Source: a virus | Taxonomy: Duplodnaviria > Caudoviricetes | Reading direction: 5' to 3' (one strand) | DNA length: 27,075 bases | Virus record (IMG/VR): IMGVR_UViG_3300025131_000341 | Span: 1-27,075 of that record | Part shown: positions 17,880 through 25,331 of the stretch, piece by piece | How the letters are laid out: the number at the start of each line of letters is the position of its first letter | How positions within the stretch are numbered: the first letter of the stretch is position 1 | Program-made: the position numbers and the translations under genes | Notes under the pieces: model-generated | The model's database searches: none | The model's input: the letters and a program-made list of their open reading frames with translations, nothing else | Told to the model about the DNA's origin: nothing

Positions 17880-18400
17880 TAGAAATTACCCCCGGAACTT
17901 GGAAGTGGTTGGTAGTATGGTTGCATCTGCTGCTGCAAGGCAGCCATCTCGCCGCGGCCTGCAGTCGGACTTATGAACTTAGTGCGTGACTTGCGTAACT
18001 CATTCAAAGCTAAGAGCCCACCACCGGTAATGAACGGGTGACGCTGTGCTGCTCCGGCGACACCACCAAAAGACGTCTTACGGATAGCGGGTACTCTCTT
18101 GCCTCCAATCTTGAGCCAGGATACCCGGGCTCGTTTGGCCTCCGGGAGTGCTGCTAGCTCAGCTCTGGAAATTTGCTTGTATCCCTTGAGAGAGGAGGCA
18201 TCCCGGACTTTCCATCGCAGGCGGGTATTCTTCAGCGGACCCGTGAGGTTCTTCACCCCAATGGCGGCATCCTTTAATCCCTTTGCCGCGGGCCGAATAG
18301 TTCCCTTAGTAAGCAACTTGCCGAGCATATGGATTGGGTTGAGAGGACCACCTACCTTAACGATCCCACGGGAGACCCGAAGCGGATTACCTTGCCGCAT
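17879..18400 (-). CDS. highly basic protein with HPFITGGGLLAL segment
   Basis: 173 aa, K/R-rich, overlapping both neighbours. Confidence 0.55.
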   Translation of the reverse strand: MRQGNPLRVSRGIVKVGGPLNPIHMLGKLLTKGTIRPAAKGLKDAAIGVKNLTGPLKNTRLRWKVRDASSLKGYKQISRAELAALPEAKRARVSWLKIGGKRVPAIRKTSFGGVAGAAQRHPFITGGGLLALNELRKSRTKFISPTAGRGEMAALQQQMQPYYQPLPSSGGNF

Positions 18401-19163
18401 GCAGTAACTCCTTTACTCGGGGGAGGGTTTCCTTCTTCTTCTCCATGTACTTCTTGGTAGCCGTAGCGCACTCGGCAGCCTTCTGGAGCAGAGGATGCTC
18501 CGGGTTCGGGACCGCAGATACTTCGGGGGCACCCGCCCCGCGACACACGCCAGTACCGGCGCAAGCAACCTTCACAAACTCAGGAGTAGCGCCAGAGAGG
18601 CCCAGAGAACGCTCCACCTCGCCGATGGTGAGCTCACCCGTCTGCACTGCTTCCGCAATGTACGCTTGAAGAGCAGCTACCTTAGTTAGCGCCTGCGTCT
18701 TCTCATCTTCCAGAGCGTCAAGCAGGTGGGAGACCTCCTGCCGCAGCGCGACAGTGTTGACCTCAACGGAAGCTGTTTTCTCCTTCTCTTCCGGAGTTCC
18801 GAACAGAGCTGAAGCAAGCTTCTCGGTAGTTATGAACTCTTCCCCAGGAATATAATCTGCGCGAGCTAACTTCGTCTTCACTTCGGCACCCCCACATCTA
18901 TCTGCGTCAGCCACGTCGAAGGTAACGTACCCGGCCTCCTTCTCCATGAGCAGATTGAATGCTGCATTGTTTGCTGCTTCAACTACGCGTTTTGTCTGCT
19001 CTCGGTTTAGAGAGTTCTCCTTCACAAACCCGGCGATGCTGGTGTTCATATCCGCGTCAGAACTGACCAACCTACTTGCGGCGGTTTTGCCTAAACCTTC
19101 CAGAAAGTCTTTGGTCTTATGGGACGGACCACACGAAGTTAGGAACTGAACAATTGAGTCCAT
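18387..19163 (-). CDS. helical head-associated protein with multiple KxA sites
   Basis: Start re-called to the ATG at 19163 (MDSIVQFL), which has GGGAGG upstream; 258 aa. Contains KTAAS, KLAR, EKLAS, EKTAS, KVAA, KVAC and QKAA. Confidence 0.6.
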   Translation of the reverse strand: MDSIVQFLTSCGPSHKTKDFLEGLGKTAASRLVSSDADMNTSIAGFVKENSLNREQTKRVVEAANNAAFNLLMEKEAGYVTFDVADADRCGGAEVKTKLARADYIPGEEFITTEKLASALFGTPEEKEKTASVEVNTVALRQEVSHLLDALEDEKTQALTKVAALQAYIAEAVQTGELTIGEVERSLGLSGATPEFVKVACAGTGVCRGAGAPEVSAVPNPEHPLLQKAAECATATKKYMEKKKETLPRVKELLHAAR

Positions 19164-19190
19164 AAGCGGAGACCTCCCTTGACTGTGTAT

Positions 19191-19220
19191 ATCGTAAAGA
19201 GAATACGCGACATATGTCAA
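19191..19220 (-). promoter_or_regulatory. sigma70-like promoter for the head operon
   Basis: The minus strand has TTGACA (19220-19215), an 18-bp spacer and TACGAT (19196-19191) in the gap between terL and the next RBS. Confidence 0.55.
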
Positions 19221-19234
19221 GGTCACTTACAGTG

Positions 19235-20878
19235 TCAATCGCGTTGCATAAAAGCAGCCCCGGCGCTCATTAGGTCCGGCCTCGGGTGGCTAAGCATGCT
19301 AGCGAGGAGACAGTAAACGGAGGAGTGGAACGCGTCATCGGTGCCATCGACCAATTTGTCGTACACCATTGTGTGCCTATCCTCGCGGTACTCGGAGTAG
19401 ATGCTCAGGAAGTCCTCGGCAAAGGGTTCGAACTCCTCCCATCGAGGGAAGCGGATGTGCCCATTCTTTACGGCATTGAAGAACCGACTCATGATTTCTG
19501 TACGATTAACCATGAAACGGGATAACGCGGGTTCCCACTTAACAACCGTCTTGGAATTGACATACTGGTACTTCGCTATCTTGCGCGGTCCGTATCTCGT
19601 AGTCAGTGCGGCGTTTTGGACAAACCCGCCGCCATAGTCAGTCCCCACCACATCTACATTGCGGGTATTTCCGTAGATCGAATCAATCTCGGCTATCTGG
19701 CGGTCCGGCTCTGAGAGCTCGCCCATAAACTTCTTGTAGTTGATGAAGGTGAACTTCCCGGTGAGGTACGCACCAGTCGACAGCACAGTGTAGCTGTTTT
19801 CCGCCGAACCCCAGTCGATGCCGAACCACTTGGGCTCCCGCGACTGCGCCCAAAAAGATGGGCCATAGGGATATTGGTCGCTGTACATGGAGACCCGTGG
19901 GTCGCAAGCCTGCCGCAGCTCCTCCTTCGTGATGGGGGTTGCGCCTACGTCGTGCGGAATGCCCAACACTTCGTTAAGGAATTGTGCCCGGGGGTACCGC
20001 TTCCGCTTATCTAACAGCTCGGGCCACGATACTCGTGGGGAAATGATCTGCGGGATGCGGAAACCCTCGAAGGGAATCTCTACCCCTGGGTCCGGATTCA
20101 TAGAGACCCACTGTGAGGATTTATGCATTGGGAATATTTCTTTCCCGCATCTTGCGCATACCAGGCAGTCGGCCCCAATGTTTTCCTCACCAGGTAGATT
20201 CCAGTAACGGTAGTCACCTCCCCCGCAACCATCGCAGGGGATCATCCACTCATTCTGCGTTGAGAACTTATTGTACGTGCGGGAGAGGGTATTCGACTCT
20301 GTTAGTGGGGTGCCGGCGTAATGGAATTGTTTGTACTCCGAAGAGAAGGTGCACTCCTCGATGACCGGCAGTAGGGTGGCGAGCACATTCTGCAGTTCGT
20401 CCACAAAGAGGAGGTCAGCCATAATCCCGCGGATAGCATCGGCCGTCAGATAGGCATACCCGAGGCGTATCTCGGAACCCGAGACGAACTCCTTGTACAT
20501 AGCGTTATCCTTGGCACCTTTGTTCAATTGCAAGTTACCAAGAACCTCCGACCAAAGGAGGGGTTGCTTGAGCCTATCTCGGCTAAACGTCTGGGCTTGG
20601 CCTTGCCGCGGAGCAACATAGAGGATCTTGACGAAGCGATGCAAGGAGGCCGCCGAGAGCATCTTATTGCCCTGTGAAGTTGATTTTTCAACTTGTCTGC
20701 CGCACATAAGGACGGTCTTTTGCGCTGGGGTGTCGTACACCCGACGAAGGTACCTTCGGCCCTCGAAGGAGAATGGCTGCAGCTCACCCCGAATGGGTAA
20801 CCGGAAAACTGACTCTACGAAGTTGGATAAAGTTAGGCTAGCTTTAGATTGCGTCCCGGGTCCTGCGACCGGCTGCAT
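19235..20878 (-). CDS. terL: terminase large subunit (lambda gpA-like)
   Basis: Walker A-like GRQVEKST, Walker B LLFVDE, coupling motif AGTP, CxxC..CxxC Zn motif, GFRIPQI and FLNEVLGIP gpA-type motifs, and nuclease motifs GIDWG and DDAFHS. Confidence 0.9.
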   Translation of the reverse strand: MQPVAGPGTQSKASLTLSNFVESVFRLPIRGELQPFSFEGRRYLRRVYDTPAQKTVLMCGRQVEKSTSQGNKMLSAASLHRFVKILYVAPRQGQAQTFSRDRLKQPLLWSEVLGNLQLNKGAKDNAMYKEFVSGSEIRLGYAYLTADAIRGIMADLLFVDELQNVLATLLPVIEECTFSSEYKQFHYAGTPLTESNTLSRTYNKFSTQNEWMIPCDGCGGGDYRYWNLPGEENIGADCLVCARCGKEIFPMHKSSQWVSMNPDPGVEIPFEGFRIPQIISPRVSWPELLDKRKRYPRAQFLNEVLGIPHDVGATPITKEELRQACDPRVSMYSDQYPYGPSFWAQSREPKWFGIDWGSAENSYTVLSTGAYLTGKFTFINYKKFMGELSEPDRQIAEIDSIYGNTRNVDVVGTDYGGGFVQNAALTTRYGPRKIAKYQYVNSKTVVKWEPALSRFMVNRTEIMSRFFNAVKNGHIRFPRWEEFEPFAEDFLSIYSEYREDRHTMVYDKLVDGTDDAFHSSVYCLLASMLSHPRPDLMSAGAAFMQRD

Positions 20879-20880
20879 AC

Positions 20881-21249
20881 TTACCCCCTAGCATTGCGGA
20901 TCTTCCAGGCAAGTTCCTGGGCCCTCCTCTTAGCTTTTACACTACCTACTACCCCGGCTTCCAGACTTTTCTTACTTAGGCTGAGAGCAGAGAGTACCGG
21001 GCGGTAGGGGTACCTCATGAACCAGGGGATCTTTGGGGGTCGCGGTTCAGGTACCAGGCTAGCGCCAATTTTCTGCAGGGTATTCATCTTCGGGGGAGGG
21101 GGCACCTTCGGTGGGGACTTGAGTTTAGTCGGTAGGGGTTTCAGCCCTTTCGGTTTTTTCAAGTGACCCAGAATGGTATGCGGGTTGTTAGCCCGAGTTT
21201 GCTGCGGGTTCTTTGTTATCTGGTTCTTCGGGTCAAAAGGATTTGCCAT
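20881..21249 (-). CDS. small Pro/Lys-rich basic protein
   Basis: 122 aa, tightly packed between neighbours. Contains LQKIGAS. Confidence 0.5.
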   Translation of the reverse strand: MANPFDPKNQITKNPQQTRANNPHTILGHLKKPKGLKPLPTKLKSPPKVPPPPKMNTLQKIGASLVPEPRPPKIPWFMRYPYRPVLSALSLSKKSLEAGVVGSVKAKRRAQELAWKIRNARG

Positions 21250-21252
21250 TGC

Positions 21253-21636
21253 CTATTTCCCAAAGAAGTTATCGTGCGCCCGGAATTGGCGCTTGGTTCC
21301 TGCAAAGCCACCGAACCCGGGTGCCTTACCCTTACTCTCGAAGCGTTTTACGTCGGCAGGCTTAGCTGGTGCGTAGCGGGGTGCCGGCAATTTAGCTGGT
21401 TTGAGCGTTTTCCCCGCCCTCGCCTTAAATGCAGGAGCTACCCTCGCCTTTGCGGCGTACTGCTGAGCGGCGTCCTTGCTTCCGTACGACATGCCGGACG
21501 TAGCCTTATCTAGTTTTCCGCCCATAGCCTTATGCTTTGGTGCCCCTCCGTAGTACCCCTGACTTGCTGGGTCCGCTGCCAATTTCTGGATCTCATCTTC
21601 AAACGCTGCCCAAAGAACTTCGTTCATGTCAGTCAT
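21253..21636 (-). CDS. small basic protein with WAAFEDEIQKLA leader
   Basis: 127 aa starting MTDMNEVLWAAFEDEIQKLAA, followed by a K/A/G/P-rich tail. Confidence 0.65.
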   Translation of the reverse strand: MTDMNEVLWAAFEDEIQKLAADPASQGYYGGAPKHKAMGGKLDKATSGMSYGSKDAAQQYAAKARVAPAFKARAGKTLKPAKLPAPRYAPAKPADVKRFESKGKAPGFGGFAGTKRQFRAHDNFFGK

Positions 21637-21646
21637 TGTCTTCTCC

Positions 21647-21997
21647 CTACTGGTATTGGTCCATCTTTCCGGCTCTGGGGTTTGCTACGCCCCCTGAAGT
21701 ACTTAGTGGAGTCACGGGCTTGCTTGGGTTAAAGCCAAACCGCGGCGTTTTCCCGGACTTCTTAATCCAGGGGTCTTTACCTCCCCAACTTCGGGGCGTC
21801 GGCGAGGGAGGTGTTGTCTTTAGCGTCTGCACGGGCGTCTGCGCCGCAGGGCGCGGGGCCTTCCGTCCCTTTGGGGAGTATGGGTTACTATCGGCTAACC
21901 AGCCCTTTGCGCGTATTCTGGCTGCTGCGCGCGACCCAGTGTCAAAGCTTAACTTCTGCAGCTCGTCCTCGAATGCTGCCCACAGTATGTCTTGCAT
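21647..21997 (-). CDS. small basic protein with WAAFEDELQKLS leader
   Basis: 116 aa with an AGGAG RBS. After the 17-aa leader there are 18 K/R against 4 D. Confidence 0.65.
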   Translation of the reverse strand: MQDILWAAFEDELQKLSFDTGSRAAARIRAKGWLADSNPYSPKGRKAPRPAAQTPVQTLKTTPPSPTPRSWGGKDPWIKKSGKTPRFGFNPSKPVTPLSTSGGVANPRAGKMDQYQ

Positions 21998-22005
21998 CGT
22001 AACTC

Positions 22006-23661
22006 CTAGTGTTTAGGGTACTCATAAACCCACTCACCATTCCTGGGGTTTCGCCACTTACGTAAATACTTGTGCGTGCGTATCCCTTTCGGGGTCTTCT
22101 GCTTCAGCACAGTACGCATGCTCTCGTTCAACCGGTGCTTCCGGCGAGCTACATTGTACACCCACTCATCGACTGTGGCACCCGGCTTACGATTGAAGAA
22201 CCGGCCCTTGGGGTACACACTCTCGTACCGCTTAACCACCACCTTGCGGTTTTCGGGGGCACGATGCTTCTGACCACCCAACCTGCGAACCCGGGCCTCT
22301 GCCTGGTGTACCCGCTCAGGGTTCCAATGGCCGTCCATAGAGAAGAAGCCGGTAGCATTCTTCAAATCCAGACCTTCGGCCCCGGCCCCCGAGATAAGCA
22401 CTACTTTCTTCTTACCAGCCTTGAAGTCTGCAATATCCTGGTCTCGGCTGGCGTGCGTAATCTTCTTTCCGGCTATGGTCCTACCAGTACCGGCAAAGAT
22501 GCCGAAGGGAACACCTCTTGCCTTCAAGCCCGCAGCTGCTACGTCGAGGCCACCCTGGATTAGATTACTGTAGACTACTGCTTTGCCGTCTGAAGTTGTA
22601 GCTAGATGCTTTTGCACGTCACCCAGGAGTCGTTGGACCTTCGGGGTGCGCGCGGCGGCCTCTGCTTTGGGCACCTTAGACGAGGATGCAGAAGAGATAT
22701 CGTTAAGCGCGCGACGCGCGTGGATGATCTTACCGAATACGTGCTGCAGCTGCTGGGGAGAAAGGTTGGTCTCACCTGTAGCAATCATCTTCTTGATGGG
22801 CCCCAACTTATCCATGATGTAGTCGTACTGGAGCTTCTGCTCGGCGGACATCGGAACCTTTACGTTCTCCACTTCCTTCCGCGGCATACTCTTTCCAAGA
22901 GAGTCGCTGGTCTGGACGTCCACCACGGGCTTTACGTAATGGGCTACCTCTCCCGGATTGACGATTGCTTTGATCTTCTTAGCTCCGCCCCAGAACCCCT
23001 TCTGCTTACCAACTGTTTTCAGGTAGCGCTGCTTGAACAGGGACTTATTCATGAACTGGCCGCCAGTGGCGATGTTCACGAGGGTCGCGATCTCCGCGGG
23101 GTTGTTGTTTACCGGGCTTGCTGTAAGGCCAATGAAGTTCTTAGCGTACTCCCGAGCTTGCAAGGCAGCTTTGTGGGTAGTTGACCGCTCGTTGCGGATC
23201 TTATGGAACTCATCGAAAATCAAAGTATCCGAGCCGCTGCGTTGTAACAGCCCTACCGGATCCTTACGGAACATCTCATAGGACACCACGGTGTAGTCAG
23301 ATGTTGGCGTGGCGTCGGATATGTACCGGATGTGATCGTTGGGGTCTTTTTGCGCACTACTCTTAGAGCCTACTAGCTGGTAGGTGGAGTTCGTAAACTT
23401 TTTGATTCCCTCTTCGAGGAAATTAGTCTTCAACCCTGCAGGTACAACAACGAGGGCACGGTTAGCTTTCCCCGCAGCTTTAGCTTTCTCGAAAGCGAAG
23501 ATAGCAGTGGCGGTCTTCCCCGTCCCAGTTGAGTGCGCAAGAATTACCTGGCCCCGTGCAAAGAACTTATCTACGGCAGCCTCCTGATGGGGGTAGGGGC
23601 TAAACCCCTCCTTCACTCCACCAGTCTTCTCGAGACCCAGGTATTGTGTGAAGCTACTCAT
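22006..23661 (-). CDS. SNF2-family (SF2) helicase/translocase
   Basis: Q-motif PYPHQ, motif I AHSTGTGKT, Ia VVVPAGL, II DEFH, III TAS, V AGAEGLDL, WNP, VI QAEARVRR. Confidence 0.9.
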   Translation of the reverse strand: MSSFTQYLGLEKTGGVKEGFSPYPHQEAAVDKFFARGQVILAHSTGTGKTATAIFAFEKAKAAGKANRALVVVPAGLKTNFLEEGIKKFTNSTYQLVGSKSSAQKDPNDHIRYISDATPTSDYTVVSYEMFRKDPVGLLQRSGSDTLIFDEFHKIRNERSTTHKAALQAREYAKNFIGLTASPVNNNPAEIATLVNIATGGQFMNKSLFKQRYLKTVGKQKGFWGGAKKIKAIVNPGEVAHYVKPVVDVQTSDSLGKSMPRKEVENVKVPMSAEQKLQYDYIMDKLGPIKKMIATGETNLSPQQLQHVFGKIIHARRALNDISSASSSKVPKAEAAARTPKVQRLLGDVQKHLATTSDGKAVVYSNLIQGGLDVAAAGLKARGVPFGIFAGTGRTIAGKKITHASRDQDIADFKAGKKKVVLISGAGAEGLDLKNATGFFSMDGHWNPERVHQAEARVRRLGGQKHRAPENRKVVVKRYESVYPKGRFFNRKPGATVDEWVYNVARRKHRLNESMRTVLKQKTPKGIRTHKYLRKWRNPRNGEWVYEYPKH

Positions 23662-24490
23662 CGTACCCCTGCAGCAAGGTTATCGTCCGCGGGAAAGCTA
23701 CCTTCTTCTTCCCCTTTGGCTTCTTCAGTAACTTAGCGAGCACTCCACCAAGCACAGCTGTTCCGAAAGCTCCAGCCACTCCGCGGCCCACAGTCTTCGG
23801 CAACCACTTCTTCGGCTGTTTTATCATACTACGATAAAACTTGGGGTCAAAGGTCTGCTTACTTCGCCGAGCATCGGAGAGCATCGTCTCGGACAACCCC
23901 TTTAGTCCACCAGCCACACCACCAAACGCAGCAGCCACGGGCAATATGCTCTTCGACTTCTTACCCTGCTGCGTCGCCTGCTGATTCTTCTTCATTTTGT
24001 GCGCCAAACCAAGGGCTAGAGCTGAGGCCATAGCTGTGGAAGTTACCCCTCGAGCGAGGCCCCTGGTGCCGAAGTGCTTCTTCCACTTGGGCTTCTTCTT
24101 AACGTAGGCTTCCCAAGCGCCTTCAATTCCGCCCTTCCCGTATCCATACGCTGCTCCGGAACCTACGACCTTGGCGATCCCTTTGTTGCGCTTATCCTTC
24201 TCACCGGACTTTAAGTCTTTGATGCCACTGGCAAACACAGGGAAGGTAGCTGTTCCCGCGGTGATCCCGCCAAGTGCCCTCCCGGAGGCCCGAGCCTTAA
24301 GAGCGCCCTTCACATTCTTCCAGGCAAATGCGGGGCGAATCGACTTCTTAGCTAAGGCACGGGTAGTGGCGTCCTCGGCAACAGAGTCGACGGCCCCTTT
24401 TGGGAGATCACCAATTAGGGACTTAGCAGCCCCCGCGCCTAAAGTAGTGAGCAAAGCATTCCGCTTTGTGTTCTTTTGCTTATTTGCCAT
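23654..24490 (-). CDS. basic glycine-zipper-like protein with three internal repeats; putative membrane-interacting ejection protein
   Basis: 278 aa with six Gly/Ala-rich moderately hydrophobic segments separated by Lys clusters. Confidence 0.55.
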   Translation of the reverse strand: MANKQKNTKRNALLTTLGAGAAKSLIGDLPKGAVDSVAEDATTRALAKKSIRPAFAWKNVKGALKARASGRALGGITAGTATFPVFASGIKDLKSGEKDKRNKGIAKVVGSGAAYGYGKGGIEGAWEAYVKKKPKWKKHFGTRGLARGVTSTAMASALALGLAHKMKKNQQATQQGKKSKSILPVAAAFGGVAGGLKGLSETMLSDARRSKQTFDPKFYRSMIKQPKKWLPKTVGRGVAGAFGTAVLGGVLAKLLKKPKGKKKVAFPRTITLLQGYDE

Positions 24491-25328
24491 CAGGCAACTC
24501 CTTTGTCTGCTCCGCCATGCGAATCACCTTCCCGCCGCTGGCTTCCAACTCGTTGATGGTCATGGGAGCATCACCGGAGAACTTGAGCATTATCATCTCC
24601 AGCATCTTCAAAGCGGTATCTGTAGAGGAACGCTGCTTATCCTGGAGGTCGACACCACGCAGGGCTATGTCGGCCCAAATCTTAGCGGAGGCGGATACTC
24701 GCTGGTCCGTCGGGTCTGTCGCGGCGATAGTACGGAAGTTCGTGTAGGCCTGGTCCGTCATGTACTTCAGCATGTCCTCAGACTTCAACTCCAAAGGTTC
24801 CCCGATAGCGAGTAACGCGGAGTTAGGGTCCGAGGCTACGTATATGGACCACAGCCCCCCGCCATGCGGGTACCCGTCCAGGAACTCTTTACAGTCATCA
24901 AGTCCCAGTAGACCAGTGTTCCAGAAGTAGTGGCGGTAGTAGTCAACAACCTCGGAGTCCACTTCCTTACCAAAGTACTTCAAGAGTACCTGAGTGATGG
25001 TCTCGTTGGGCACTTCGCCGATAAGCATCGCTTCAAGCTTCTGGCGCAGGTTACCAGTTCCCAGGAGGGCTGAGGCCGCGATTACTTTAGGCCGGCGAAC
25101 CACGAGGTCATACACCTTTTGGTCCCGCAGCCAGCGAATACAGTGCAGTGCGTTTGGGTCGAAGGGACGTGGCTTAGTCTTAGCCATCTCTGCGCGTAGT
25201 ACCTCAACATACACCGGATCCGGCTTCGGGTACTTGCGCAACATAACCGCATTCTGGATGTCCTGCGTAGAGAACGGCGGTTCCATCGCCAGTAAGGCAC
25301 GTAACCAGTATTCGCACGGTTGGCGCAT
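24480..25328 (-). CDS. hypothetical helical protein, possible HTH/small-terminase-like
   Basis: 282 aa. The central LRQKLEAMLIGEVPNETITQVL...SEVVDYYRHYFWN is HTH-like. The function is speculative. Confidence 0.45.
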   Translation of the reverse strand: MRQPCEYWLRALLAMEPPFSTQDIQNAVMLRKYPKPDPVYVEVLRAEMAKTKPRPFDPNALHCIRWLRDQKVYDLVVRRPKVIAASALLGTGNLRQKLEAMLIGEVPNETITQVLLKYFGKEVDSEVVDYYRHYFWNTGLLGLDDCKEFLDGYPHGGGLWSIYVASDPNSALLAIGEPLELKSEDMLKYMTDQAYTNFRTIAATDPTDQRVSASAKIWADIALRGVDLQDKQRSSTDTALKMLEMIMLKFSGDAPMTINELEASGGKVIRMAEQTKELPDGK

Positions 25329-25331
25329 GCC

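Noticed and set aside
19164-19226. ORF-track N-terminal extensions for the 18387 gene (start 19226) and the 11063 gene (start 11524)
   Set aside because: Downstream ATGs at 19163 and 11494 have clear Shine-Dalgarno sequences, and the first extension overlaps a promoter-like region.
16799-21997. WAAFEDEL leaders as RiPP/bacteriocin precursor leaders
   Set aside because: There are no modifying enzymes, peptidase-containing ABC transporter or double-glycine site in the window. The head-assembly context and the related motif in the scaffold fit capsid targeting better.
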